Assembly: GCA_963760365.1 (NCBI GenBank)
Contig: CAVXDC010000012.1
Location: forward strand, 2,475-66,474
DNA length: 64,000 nt
Origin: an uncultured Phycisphaerae bacterium
GTDB taxonomy: Bacteria > Planctomycetota > Phycisphaerae > SM23-33
Direction of reading: 5' to 3'
Shown: piece after piece, positions 11,690 through 21,722 of the stretch
Numbering within the stretch: position 1 is the first letter of the stretch
How the letters are laid out: each line of letters opens with the position of its first letter
The notes under the pieces: model-generated
Databases searched by the model: none
Told to the model about the DNA's origin: nothing
Seen by the model: only the letters and a program-made list of their open reading frames with translations
Position numbers and translations under genes: made by a program

Positions 11690-11703
11690 CGCCGCCGCCC
11701 CCA

Positions 11704-12637
11704 TCACCAATCGTTCCTGGCCACGATTTGGCAGGCGTCATGCATGTCCTGAGGCACCGCATCCAGGACAGCTCGTGCCTCGGCTAGTTCATCGCACAGG
11801 GCAAACAGGCCGCTGCCGCTGCCGGTCATGCCCACGGGCGCGGGCAGCGCCCGACTGAGCCGATCGTATGCGTCAGCCAACTCCCCAGCCACCTGTCGGG
11901 CAGCCGGAAGGAGTTGATTGACCATCCGCCCCCGCCACCGCGATGGCGGCTCGGTCAGGACGGATTCGGCCGGTTGCTGCTGGGGCTCGTTGGGCAGGCG
12001 GTCGTATGCCTGGTACACCTCGGCCGTGGGGCAAGGAAAGGGCGGCAGATAAAGCACGGCCCAGAACGGGTGCACGGCCAGCGGCTGGAGGGTCTCTCCC
12101 CGTCCCGTCATCCGCGCCGCGGGTGCCCCAGGAAGAACGGCACGTCGCTGCCCAGCCGGCAGGCCAGCTCGGCCAGGTGCGATGGGGCCAGGCCCAGCCC
12201 CCACAGTTCGTTGAGCCCGGCCAGCACGGCCGCGGCGTCGGACGATCCTCCGCCCAGCCCCCTTCCGGGCGGGATCCGTTTGGTCAGCTCGATGGCCACA
12301 CCGCCGGTGCCCACTTCCTCCGCCAGCAGCCCGGCGGCGCGAAGGGCAAGGTTTTTCTCAGTGGGACCGCAGTCGGCACCGGTGTAACGCAAGACAATCT
12401 GGCCGTCTTGCGCGGGGCGAGCACCACCTCGTCGTAAAAAGTTACCCTGGCTACGAAGGAGTCGATTGCGTGGAACCCATCCTCTCGCCGCGGGCCGACG
12501 ATCAGGTTGAGGTTGATCTTGGCGGGGGCAGCCAGGACCAAGGCGCCGTCGGTCCATTTTCTCAGTCGCGGTTGAGAGACTTCCGGCAAGGCGGGGTCTT
12601 GGCGGCCTGGCTTTGAGGTTGGGGGGTGTCCTTCCAC
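11704..12637 (-). CDS. ispE: 4-diphosphocytidyl-2-C-methyl-D-erythritol kinase, read across two 1-bp frameshifts
   Basis: Three consecutive minus-strand frames carry the IspE N-terminus (LVLAAPAKINLNLIVGPRREDGFHAIDSF), the GHMP motif (PPGRGLGGGSSDAAAVLAGL) and the C-terminus (MTGRGETLQPLAVHPFWAVLYLPPFPC...MTGSGSGLFAL). The shifts lie near 12420 and in a C4 run at 12126-12129. Confidence 0.8.
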
Positions 12638-13206
12638 GGCGGCTGATTATACCCGCACGGAGCTGTGGATATGGCGATAGACCGTTTCGATGCCGGGAAA
12701 GACGATCAGGCAAAAGCGGACCCCAGCCTAGGGGCCACCCACAAGCCCCAAAGGGCACTCCGCGACGAAGGCTCCACGTCGCACGTCACGACAGACGACA
12801 GGCACCTCCAAACACCCGCCGCGACAATCGCACGTCCAGCCTCAACCGCTGGCGGCGACTCTCTTGGCGAGTTGGCTCAGCTCCGGGACGATGCCGCCAA
12901 AAAGCGGCAACCCGGCCTGAGCGCGCAGCGTGTAGATCCGGAGATTGTCCTGCCTGGCCCTATCGGCGTCTTCGTCGTAGTCCTCTTCTTGAGAGAAGTG
13001 ACTAGGCCGAAACGCACGCATGTACGGCCCTCCGACAACTGCCTCCGCGGCCTCTACGACTTGACCACGCTGGCCGCTACCTTTGTCGGGAAACCCGACA
13101 CAGCGAAATGCAACTCCTTTTATCCTCGCCGGACCTCCTGTCCAGACACACGTGAAGTGACGCTCTTATTATCCCCTGCTCCCGGAGGGGCAGGCAAGGG
13201 GAAAAA

Positions 13207-13494
13207 TTAACCTTTTTCTCTTTCCGCGCCGGGGCTTTTTCGCCGGGGCCATACGTTCATGCGGCACTCGGCGGCCAGGTCCAGGAATTCCTGATGCTCC
13301 AGGTCTTCCAACTCCTTGCCGCGGGCGGAAAGCTTCTCGTTGAACTTTAGGCATTTTTCCTGCATGGACCGGTGCGTGTCGCGCGATCCGCCGACGAGGT
13401 GGAAGTTCTTTCCCCGCGTGACGCGAACCATCTCGTCGTCGTTATCCAGTCCCAACCCCAGCAGCCTCGCCTTGCGCTGACGGCAAACCACCAA
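13207..13494 (-). CDS. Hypothetical small protein (95 aa)
   Basis: Intact ORF with mixed-charge composition (KNFHLVGGSRDTHRSMQEKCLKFNEKLSARGKELEDLEHQEF). No recognisable family. Confidence 0.3.
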   Translation of the reverse strand: MVVCRQRKARLLGLGLDNDDEMVRVTRGKNFHLVGGSRDTHRSMQEKCLKFNEKLSARGKELEDLEHQEFLDLAAECRMNVWPRRKSPGAEREKG

Positions 13495-13580
13495 TGTTAA
13501 CTCCTCTACCGTCTCCCTTATCCATCATATCCTAGCCGGCCGCAGTCCTTCAAGAGCCACTGCCGCAATGCTAAAAACCA

Positions 13581-13682
13581 TGCCGGAGGCGGGAGTCGAA
13601 CCCTCCTTCGCCAAGGCTTCGGAGGGTTTGGCGCATCTTCAAATCCTGCCGCTCCATCCGCCGAAGCCTGAGCGAAGGCGGA
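13581..13682 (-). pseudogene. tRNA-like degenerate element sharing the 3' 23 nt (T-loop plus acceptor 3' strand) with the adjacent tRNA-Leu
   Basis: tgccggaggcgggagtcgaaccc at 13581-13603 is identical to 13683-13705. The upstream part has loose similarity to the tRNA-Leu D and anticodon regions but no complementary 5' acceptor strand or anticodon stem could be folded. Confidence 0.35.
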
Positions 13683-13768
13683 TGCCGGAGGCGGGAGTCG
13701 AACCCGCACCAGGGGTGAACCTGACAGGATTTTGAATCCTGCGCGTCTGCCAGTTCCGCCACTCCGGC
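13683..13768 (-). tRNA. tRNA-Leu (anticodon CAA)
   Basis: The reverse complement folds as a class II tRNA: acceptor GCCGGAG/CTCCGGC, anticodon arm CAGGA-TTCAAAA-TCCTG (anticodon CAA), long variable arm, T arm GCGGG-TTCGACT-CCCGC, discriminator A. CCA is not encoded. Confidence 0.85.
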
Positions 13769-13861
13769 CCGAGCTGCTGTTGCGCACGATACCGCTTAGG
13801 GAACTTATCGGCAAGGGAACGCCCCGCAGGAGGCAGGAAAACCCCCGCTGCCAGGGTAACG

Positions 13862-15745
13862 CTACAGCTCTAGCGGCGAGACGTAATCGCCCTTGGCCTT
13901 GCGGAGCGCTTCCAACCGGCTGCGCTGGGCGGCCAGAACCTCCAGAACCACCGGCGGCGTGTCGATGACGTCCTGGCGGTAGATCCGCTCGATCCGGTCG
14001 ATCTTGGCCAGGTTTTCTCCGAGGCGGATGGTGAATTGTTTGATGTAGTCCTCGCGGCGGTAGTCCTTGCGCAGCACCTGCTGGAAGAGCGGCTTGAGGT
14101 CTTCGTATCGCGGGATCAGGCCGGTGGGTGCCTTGAGGGTCTGGACGTCGCCGTGGACGCGAAGTTCCATCCACTTCATCCACACCGCCTTGTCCAGCCG
14201 GTCGTTAAGGAACTTGCCGTCGGCGTCCTTCAGGAAGTAATTGACGAAGAACACCGCCGGCGGAAGCTTGAGCGTCTTGGCGAAGTCCAGGTTGTTGCGG
14301 ATGTACTTGCCCAGCGGGATGGCCAAAAAGTCCAGGTTGCTCATCAGGTTGAACGAGCGGACGCCGGTGGCCCCCAACGTGGCGGCGGTGGTCTCGCTCT
14401 CCAGCGACGCCCCATAGGCGATGATGCCGTGGGTCCAGTCAAAGCCCTGCTGGACGGGCACGGAGGTGCCGCTGTCGCGCCCGCCGTAGAGGATCCCCCC
14501 CACCGGCACGCCCTGGGGGTTGTCCAACTGGCGGTCCAGGTTCGTCAGCGCCCTCAAGGAAATGGTGTAGCGGGCGTTGCCCTTGTTGGCAGGGGGGATC
14601 TCGTTTCCGAACTGGTCGATCTTACCCACGTGCCACCGGCCGGCGGCGTTGATGCCCTCGTCGGGGAACGGCTCGTTCATGCCGTACCAGTAGGGCTTGC
14701 CGTCCTTGACCAGGATGTTGGAGAAGATCACCTCCCCGGGGCGGGTCAGGACTTGGTAGATCAGCGGATCGTCCTTGGGGTTGACGTCGGAGATGATGCC
14801 GAAGATGCCCACCTCGATGTTGACCGCCCGCGCCTCCCCGTCGATCGCGCGGAAGTAGGCCAGGTCATCCCCGACGATCGTCTCCCCCGGCAGCATGGCC
14901 GTGGAGGTCTTGCCGCAGGCGCTGGGGAACGCGCCGGCGAAGTAGGTCACGCGGCCGGCGGGTCCGTGCACGCCCATCAGGAACATGTGCTCCGCCAGCC
15001 ACCCTTCCCGGTCGGCCTTGCGGATGGCCAGGCGCAGGGCCAGTTTTTTCAGCCCCACCGTGTTGCCGGCGTACTGCGTGTTGACGCTGTAAATCTGATC
15101 CTGCGTGTAGTCGATGTAGATGCGCTTTTTGTCCATCGCGGCGCTGACGCGGGTCTCAGTGAGCTTCCCGGCCGAGTGCAGGAAGCGGAAGAAGCCCCCC
15201 CGGTTCTCCATCCGCTTGAACTCTTCGTACCCCGGCCGATACAGCAGATCCTCGCTGTGGCCGACGTAGTAGGAGTCGGTGATCTGGACGCAGGGGATGG
15301 CGAAGACCGAGTCGGTCGGCCCCAGGCTAAAAAACCGCACGAGCATCGTCCTTCCCCTCATGGCACCGCGGAGAAAGCCGCGCACCTCGGCCAGGCCCTG
15401 CTCGCGCTCGATCTGATTGAGATTCTTGCTGAGCGGTTCGTCGGCCGGCACCAGGTACTTGGTCACTTCCTTGTCTCGTCCCTGGTCGCCGGGATAGTTG
15501 TCGAAGTGAACGGTGTGGCCTTCCAGGGTCAGGGGGATCTCCTCGCCGTTCTCGATCGCGCCGCGGCGGATAGCGGCGATGTCGGCCGGTTCGTCGCTAC
15601 AGATGTTCACCGTCTTCGGCTGGCAGAGCTTTACCGCGTCGGCCACGAAGGCGTGGAGGGCATCGTTGCGGATGGCCGCGAGCTTCGCGAAGCTCGCGGC
15701 GTCCATCTTGCCCTTGAACATTTTGACGTGAATGTCCTGCATCAT
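13862..15745 (-). CDS. pckG: Phosphoenolpyruvate carboxykinase (GTP)
   Basis: GTP-PEPCK motifs are present, including the kinase-1a loop FPSACGKTSTAM, YFAGAFPS and WMKWMELRVHG. Start taken at the MMQDIHVKMF pair. Confidence 0.93.
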   Translation of the reverse strand: MMQDIHVKMFKGKMDAASFAKLAAIRNDALHAFVADAVKLCQPKTVNICSDEPADIAAIRRGAIENGEEIPLTLEGHTVHFDNYPGDQGRDKEVTKYLVPADEPLSKNLNQIEREQGLAEVRGFLRGAMRGRTMLVRFFSLGPTDSVFAIPCVQITDSYYVGHSEDLLYRPGYEEFKRMENRGGFFRFLHSAGKLTETRVSAAMDKKRIYIDYTQDQIYSVNTQYAGNTVGLKKLALRLAIRKADREGWLAEHMFLMGVHGPAGRVTYFAGAFPSACGKTSTAMLPGETIVGDDLAYFRAIDGEARAVNIEVGIFGIISDVNPKDDPLIYQVLTRPGEVIFSNILVKDGKPYWYGMNEPFPDEGINAAGRWHVGKIDQFGNEIPPANKGNARYTISLRALTNLDRQLDNPQGVPVGGILYGGRDSGTSVPVQQGFDWTHGIIAYGASLESETTAATLGATGVRSFNLMSNLDFLAIPLGKYIRNNLDFAKTLKLPPAVFFVNYFLKDADGKFLNDRLDKAVWMKWMELRVHGDVQTLKAPTGLIPRYEDLKPLFQQVLRKDYRREDYIKQFTIRLGENLAKIDRIERIYRQDVIDTPPVVLEVLAAQRSRLEALRKAKGDYVSPLEL

Positions 15746-15919
15746 CGTCTCTGGCTTGGGGAAAGTGGGCGACGGCTTATACCGGATGGCCCCGTCGGCT
15801 GTCAAGCTTCCCTGAGACGCTTGTGTTGCCAAGTCCCTCAAATGAACACGGCGGAACCGAGGGGGAAAAAAGCTCCGCCGCTTCTTGTTGGCTCTGGAAT
15901 GCGGCCTTTGTCCAGCCGA

Positions 15920-18358
15920 TTATCTCCTCCGCCGCAGCGCCGCCAGGCTGACCAAGCTCAGCAACGTCAAGGTTGCCGGCTCAGGAATAGGAGCCTCCGG
16001 AGGTGCGGCGCTGGGCGCAAGGCCGGTCTGGCCCCAGTTGGCGGCCAGGTCGCCCAGGTCGGCGGCGTTGACTTGACCGTCGCCGCCGAAGTCGGCCTGC
16101 GTCCAGCTCCTGCCGCTCTGGCCCCAGTTGGCGGCCAGGTCGCCCAGGTCGGCGGCGTTGACCTTGTTGTCCCCGCCGGCGTCGCCGGGCATCGCGCCCT
16201 GGAAGGTCACCACGTAGTCCGCGTTGGCGTCAAACGTGCCCCGGAAGATCGGCCAGTAGCCTAAGGCCGGAGTGTTGGGGTCCTTCAGCAGCAGGCCCGG
16301 GATGTTGCTGGTGATGGTACTGAAGTTACCGGCGCCGCTGGTGGCCAGGATCAATGCGAACTGGTTGCCCTGGCTGGGTCGGTACGAGGTGGTGGTTCGA
16401 TCGACTGCCAGCGTGCCGGCCAGCGTCGCGGCGCCCGTCGTGCGGATCAGGCTGGGGCCGTTGGCGTCCAGCTCCATCGACACCTTGGTCGATCGCCCGC
16501 CGCCGGAATTAATGGTCAAGCCGCCCACCTCCACATACGCCGCCCTGGCTACCTTCAGCTCTCCAGTGCTGGAGGCCGCGGAGGCCAGGACGATCGGCCC
16601 CGTGGCCGTCAGACTGCCGCCGGTGAGGGTCAGCAAGCCTACCGCCCCGCCTCCGCCACCGCCCAGGGCCAGGCTGCCGCTGATGGCCATCAGACCGCCG
16701 CTGATGCTGGCCGTGCCGCGGGCACCCGAGGCGCTGCCTAAGTGCAGGGCGTTGCCGATGGTCAGCTTCCCGGCCGTGACGGCCAGCTCAGCCGAGCCAG
16801 CGGCCGTGTTGGCCACGTAGAGCGTGCCAGCCTCCTGGTTGGGGTAGGCGACCGTGGCCTTGCCGGAGTTGATCTCTGCCCGGTCGGCCAGCGTCGGCTG
16901 CCAGGGGATGTCCCAGTTGGTAATCAGCTCGTATCGCCCGGCCGTGCCGCTGGACCCGCCGAGCCAGATGATCGGCTTGGGCGGCGGGATGGGTGCCAGC
17001 CAGTGGAGGTATTCCTCCAGATTGGTGTAGCCGTCATTGTCGATGTCGCCGTTGTTGTCGGCCACGTTAGGGTCCAGGCCGTGGGAGGTTTCCCAGGAAT
17101 TGAGCATGCCGTCGCCATCAGTGTCGAAGTTGGCGTCGCGCGTGAGCTGCGGGTACGTCGGATAGCCGCCAACCTGGGTCTGCGAGTCTATAATGCCCTT
17201 CCCCGCCCCCCAGGTGCCGCCGTAGGTGGCTGTCCCGGTAAGGACCTCGTTGACAATGCGTGTATCAATGGAATCGCGATGGAGATTATCGCCGACGTTG
17301 GCCAGGACCCACGTGAAGGCTTCCTCGGCTGACTGGGTATAGACCGGGGCGTAGGGGGCGGGCGTATAGGCTCGTATCGTCCCCAGGGGCGCACTGCCCT
17401 GGACGCCGCCGGCCCAATTGTCGGCAGTGATGGCGGGATAACCGTAGACGTAGTTGCCCTCGATGTACCACTTGCTGGTCCAGCCGTAGTTGGGGTCTAA
17501 GCTGGGCTCGACGATCCGGTTGCGGACGTCGGAATCGGTGGCCGGTCCGTACTTGTAGTAGTTGTTGACCATGTTGATCGTGCCCTGCTCGCCGCCGTAG
17601 GCACTGTTGAAGCCCCAGTTGTAGATGACGTTGTTGCGGAAATCGATGTTGATCTCGCCCGCGCCGGCGAAGCGGGGATTGCGGCTGGAGTTGTGGGCCA
17701 GGAGGTTGTGGTGCCAGGAGGCGTTGTTGCCACCCCAAATGCCTCCGTAGCCGTGGTTGCCCTTCTCGTGGTGGGAGTGGTAAAGACTCTCGGTAGCCAT
17801 GCAATACTGGACGGTCACGTTGTTGTTGGCGTACAGCGACAGGCACTCGTCGATGGACCAACTTGCGTCGCAGTGGTCGATGATGATGTTGTTGTGATAT
17901 CGACCCCAGATGGCATCACAGTCGCTGGTGCCCTGATCGCCGACGCGGGAGCGAATGTGCCGGATGATGAGGTTGTCGGCATAGGTTTTCAAATCCTCGT
18001 TCTTCAGGCAGATGCCATCCCCTGGGGCCGTCTGACCGGCAATGGTGATGTTGGGGTGGCTGATCGACAGTTGGCTGGTCAACGCGATGGTACCAGAGAT
18101 GTCAAAGACGATGGTCCTGCCGCTGGAGGGAGCATTATTGATCCCGTATCGCAACGTGCCGATGGTGTTGGTGTCGGCCAAGCTGGTGACGTGATAGACG
18201 TCCCCATTGCGCCCTCCGATGGAAGGCGCCCCGAACCCCTCCGCCCCCGGAAAGGCTGGAATCGCGTAGGCTGCTGATCCCAGCAGGCTCAAAGCCACAA
18301 ACGTCGTGATCAAGATGGGCATCACAGGACATGGGATGGGGCGCTGCATGGGCTGCAT
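15920..18358 (-). CDS. Secreted pectate-lyase-like right-handed beta-helix protein with calcium-binding repeats, two dockerin-like repeats and a C-terminal PEP-CTERM sorting signal
   Basis: Signal peptide (MPILITTFVALSLLGSAAYA). PL1-type motifs (NIIIDHCDASWSIDE; HHNLLAHNSSRNPRFAG). TSP3-like Ca motifs (DTDGDGMLNSWE, DNNGDIDNDGYTN). A tandem VNAADLGDLAANWGQ dockerin-like pair. Terminal PEPATLTLLSLVSLAALRRRR. Confidence 0.8.
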   Translation of the reverse strand: MQPMQRPIPCPVMPILITTFVALSLLGSAAYAIPAFPGAEGFGAPSIGGRNGDVYHVTSLADTNTIGTLRYGINNAPSSGRTIVFDISGTIALTSQLSISHPNITIAGQTAPGDGICLKNEDLKTYADNLIIRHIRSRVGDQGTSDCDAIWGRYHNNIIIDHCDASWSIDECLSLYANNNVTVQYCMATESLYHSHHEKGNHGYGGIWGGNNASWHHNLLAHNSSRNPRFAGAGEINIDFRNNVIYNWGFNSAYGGEQGTINMVNNYYKYGPATDSDVRNRIVEPSLDPNYGWTSKWYIEGNYVYGYPAITADNWAGGVQGSAPLGTIRAYTPAPYAPVYTQSAEEAFTWVLANVGDNLHRDSIDTRIVNEVLTGTATYGGTWGAGKGIIDSQTQVGGYPTYPQLTRDANFDTDGDGMLNSWETSHGLDPNVADNNGDIDNDGYTNLEEYLHWLAPIPPPKPIIWLGGSSGTAGRYELITNWDIPWQPTLADRAEINSGKATVAYPNQEAGTLYVANTAAGSAELAVTAGKLTIGNALHLGSASGARGTASISGGLMAISGSLALGGGGGGAVGLLTLTGGSLTATGPIVLASAASSTGELKVARAAYVEVGGLTINSGGGRSTKVSMELDANGPSLIRTTGAATLAGTLAVDRTTTSYRPSQGNQFALILATSGAGNFSTITSNIPGLLLKDPNTPALGYWPIFRGTFDANADYVVTFQGAMPGDAGGDNKVNAADLGDLAANWGQSGRSWTQADFGGDGQVNAADLGDLAANWGQTGLAPSAAPPEAPIPEPATLTLLSLVSLAALRRRR
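16027..16162. repeat. Two copies of a 46-bp direct repeat, 90 bp apart, encoding the dockerin-like segments of the pectate lyase
   Basis: tctggccccagttggcggccaggtcgcccaggtcggcggcgttgac occurs at 16027-16072 and again at 16117-16162. Confidence 0.8.
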
Positions 18359-18825
18359 GGGAAAAACCTTACTTTTTAGGTGTTTTGTCCTTCGGCCGAT
18401 ACAAGACACGGCGAGTGACAAAGATAGCCCTCCGCGTTGAGAAGCCGGGCGGCATTGTGGCAAAAAGCCCGCAAACACGTGGGGCTTTTTAGGTCCGATT
18501 CACACGTATCCTCGTCGCTCCGACAACAGGGGGGATCGCCCTTCATTTTACCGCAATTGTTCGAATCTCCAAGCTCGAAAAGGGGTTTAGCCCGACAGCG
18601 ACGCGGCGCTTTCAGAGCCACGCCGTTTTGGTATAATGCTTTTTGATTTTTTTGGCATAGAATCTATGCCCCATGGCGCCAGGCTTGCTGCGGTGTCGTC
18701 CAGACGGGCCGGGCTGGACGGCTGAGCAGCGGTGGGGGATGTCGGTGAAGAACGTGCATTGTCCCGAGACCACGGAATCCCAGCAGACCTCTGGCCAATA
18801 CTGTCCGGTGGGAGAACAAGCCGTG

Positions 18826-19284
18826 ATGAAGATTACCCGCAACGAAGCTGGTCAATTGGTGGTGCAGATGGACGGGAAGGATTCTCCCGTCGTCGATGCC
18901 CGCGTTGCGCGGTGCTTTCCCTGGTCGCTGCCGGGTTCCTACGTCTCTATCCGCGACAAGGAAGGTAAGGAGCTGGCGCTGTTTAAGACGGTCGAGGAGC
19001 TGGAGCCGGCCAGCAGGAAAATCGTTCAAGAGGAGTTGGCCGACAAGGTCTTCAACCCCAAGATCCGCCGGATCACCAGTTATCGCAACGAGTTTGGCGT
19101 GATCTCCATCACCGCCCAGACCGATCGCGGTGAGGTCACCTTCCAGATTCGAAGCCGCGACGACGTACGGCTGCTCTCCGACACGCGAGCACTGTTCCGC
19201 GACGCCGACGGCAACACCTTCGAGCTGTCCGACCTGGGCGAGCTGGACCGCACCAGCCGAAAGTGGCTGGAAGATTATTTCTAA
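18826..19284 (+). CDS. DUF1854 family protein
   Basis: MKITRNEAGQLVVQMDGKDSPVVDARVARCFPWSLPGSYVSIRDKEGKELALF... This family is typically encoded next to ABC transporter genes. GGAG ribosome-binding site before ATG 18826. Confidence 0.65.
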   Translation: MKITRNEAGQLVVQMDGKDSPVVDARVARCFPWSLPGSYVSIRDKEGKELALFKTVEELEPASRKIVQEELADKVFNPKIRRITSYRNEFGVISITAQTDRGEVTFQIRSRDDVRLLSDTRALFRDADGNTFELSDLGELDRTSRKWLEDYF

Positions 19285-19419
19285 TCGCCTCGACGAAATC
19301 GCAGACCCTGGCACTCATGCTCACTAATCAACAGGTACACCAGTCAACTAGTAACTGGTTGACGGGTTGACTCGGGGACAGCAGCGGCGCGTGGATTCGC
19401 TCAGGCGGGTTCCACCTCA

Positions 19420-21722
19420 TCAACCGATGGCGATGATGGACTGCATCTCCGTCTGCATGCGGAGGAGCTTGGCGTAGATGCCGCCTTCTTTGGCGGAAAG
19501 TTCCTCGTGAGAACCCTGCTCGACGATCTCACCCTTGTCCAGGATGATCAGCCGGTCGGCCTTGCGGAGCGTGCTCAGGCGGTGGGCAATGGCGATGGTC
19601 GTGCGGTTGGCGATGAGCCGGTCCAAGGCTTCCTGGATGAGCTTTTCCGTCTCGGTGTCCACGGAGCTGGTGGCCTCGTCCAGGATGAGGATGATGGGGT
19701 TGTTGAGGATGGCCCGGGCGATGCTGATCCGCTGGCGTTCTCCGCCCGACAGCGTCTGGCCCCGCTCGCCGACCATCGTGTCGTAACCGTCGGGGAAGCC
19801 CACGATGAAGTCATGGGCGTTGGCGGCCTTGGCGGCGGCGATGATCTCCTCCATCGTGGCGGTGGGTTTGCCGTAGGCGACGTTGGCCCCCACGGTGCCG
19901 TAGAAGAGAAAAGGCTCCTGGAGCACCACGCCGATGCGGCGGCGGAGCTCCTCGATGTCGTAGTCGCGCACGTCCACACTGTCGATGAGGATCTGCCCCT
20001 CCAGCACGTCGTAGAAGCGGCAGATGAGGTTGACCATCGTGGTCTTGCCGCCCCCGCTGGGCCCGGCCAGGCCGACCATCTCGCCTGGGACGATCTTCAA
20101 GCTGACGTTCTTGAGCACCTTGCGGACGCCGTCGTAGCTGAAGCTCACGTCGCGCAGCTCAATCTGGCCCTGGAGGGTCTTGGCCGGCATCGCCCCGCTC
20201 TTGGAGAAGATGGACGGCTCGGTGTCGAGGATCTCGAAGATCCGCTGGACGCTGGTGGCCGCCCGGTTGAACATGCGGTCCATGTGCGCGATCATGTGGA
20301 TGGGCTGGTAGAACATCCACATGTACGACACGTAGGCCAGCAGCGTCCCGGCCGTCATCGCCCCCTCGGCCGGCGTGCGCCGGACATGATGTCGCGCACC
20401 ACCCACCAGCCTCCCACGATCCACACCAGCAGCGCCCCCAATTGCGTGCAGAAAATCATCACCGGCCCAAACAGCGTCCACAGCGAGATCAAGCCGACCT
20501 CGTCCCGGTAAAAGTCGGCGTTCTTCAGCCCGAAGCGATCCACCTCGCGCTGCTCCTGGCTGAAAGCCTTGATCACGCGCACCCCCGGCAGCGAGTCGGC
20601 GACGACGGCCGTCAGCACGCTCCAGCGGTGCCACAAGCGGTCGAAGCCCCGGTGCAGCTTCTGGTGGAACATGACCGAAAAAGCCAACATCACCGGGATC
20701 GGTAGCAGCACGATGCACGCCAACTTCCAGTTCAGCAGGAACAGCGCCACCGCTACCCCGACGATCGTCACCGTGGAGATCACCAGCTCGGTGATCGTGA
20801 AGGCCACGAAGTCCCAGATGCGGTCACTGTCGCTGGTCACGCGCGTCACTAGCGAGCCGGTGGGCTTGCGGGAAAAAAAGCTCAAACTCAGCTTGTGCAG
20901 ATGGTCGTAGGTGCGGTCGCGGACGTCGCGGCTGATCCGCGAGCCCAGCGTGCCCATCAGCCGCTCGCGCAACGCCCCGGCCAGGGCGGAAAAGACCATC
21001 AGGGCCGCCAGGATGAAAATGTACCCCAGCAGCACGGGGTAGCTGGGTTTGCCGTGGGGCACCATGCCCAGTCCCTGGTCCATCATCGGCTTGGTCATCC
21101 ACGGCCGGACGAGCTGCGAGAGCGTCACGAGGATCGCCAGCGTCATGCCGGTAATCGCCCGCCACTTGTAGGGCTTGACGAAGTCCAGCAACCGGCTGAG
21201 CACCTTGCGGCGGCTCAAGCAGGCCGGGCACACCTCGGCCCAGGGCGGGACCACCCGCCCGCATTTGTCGCAGCGAATCTTCTTCTCCTCGCCGCGGGGT
21301 TTGTCGGCCTCGGCCGGGACGTCTTCCTTGCCCTCCAGCCTCCGCTCCAGCCGCCGCTGCAACTTGGCCACCTCCTTGGCCTGGCGGAGCGTGAAGCGGA
21401 ACTCCTCCGCCACCTTCCCGTCGGAAAGGAGGCGCAGCAGGTTCATGCCCAACCCCTCGACAATCAGGGCGCTGCTCAACCCGCCCAGGTCCCTCCACCG
21501 GCTCTGCCATGTTCCGTCGCGAAGGAGAAAATGACCCAACGTCAACTCGGTCAGCACCAGGTAGCCCTCGACGTACATCCCGCGCTCGTCGAGGTCGAGC
21601 CGTGCCGCCTCCTGAACCGATTCCAGCGGCACTGCCGTCGAGATCACCTTCAGGAGCTCGTCGGGGGCGTGGCCCAGCACGTCGTCCTTTTTGTTTTGCT
21701 TGTCCTGTGTGTCTTGCGACAT
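19420..21722 (-). CDS. ABC exporter (fused permease and ATPase) with an unusual ~190-aa N-terminal cytoplasmic extension containing a CxxC...CxxC zinc ribbon; one 1-bp frameshift
   Basis: N-terminal extension (CDKCGRVVPPWAEVCPAC), six-TM ABC exporter domain, then Walker A (GPSGGGKTT), signature (LSGGERQRISIAR) and Walker B (ILILDEATS). The N- and C-terminal frames join if the C5 run at 20361-20365 is read as C6. Confidence 0.85.

Noticed and set aside
12665-13210. A 181-aa plus-strand ORF in the ispE-tRNA gap
   Set aside because: It has no ribosome-binding site or motifs and a biased composition. The region may instead hold a 59-aa minus-strand ORF (12843-13021), but there is no family support either way.
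13518-14183. A 221-aa minus-strand ORF overlapping the tRNA genes
   Set aside because: It reads through tRNA-Leu and the tRNA-like element, so tRNA T arms are translated as FDSRLRH. It is Arg/Pro-rich and not a gene.
14036-16264. A 742-aa plus-strand ORF
   Set aside because: It is antisense to pckG and the pectate lyase gene. Its product is low-complexity (Arg/Gly/Ala/Val-rich) with no motifs, which is a typical high-GC spurious ORF.
19285-19419. A possible operator or terminator palindrome (agtcaac...gttgact with duplicated GTTGAC) between DUF1854 and the ABC exporter
   Set aside because: It lies between two converging 3' ends, so an operator role is unlikely. There is no U-tract for an intrinsic terminator. 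It is kept only as a note within the ABC/DUF1854 finding.
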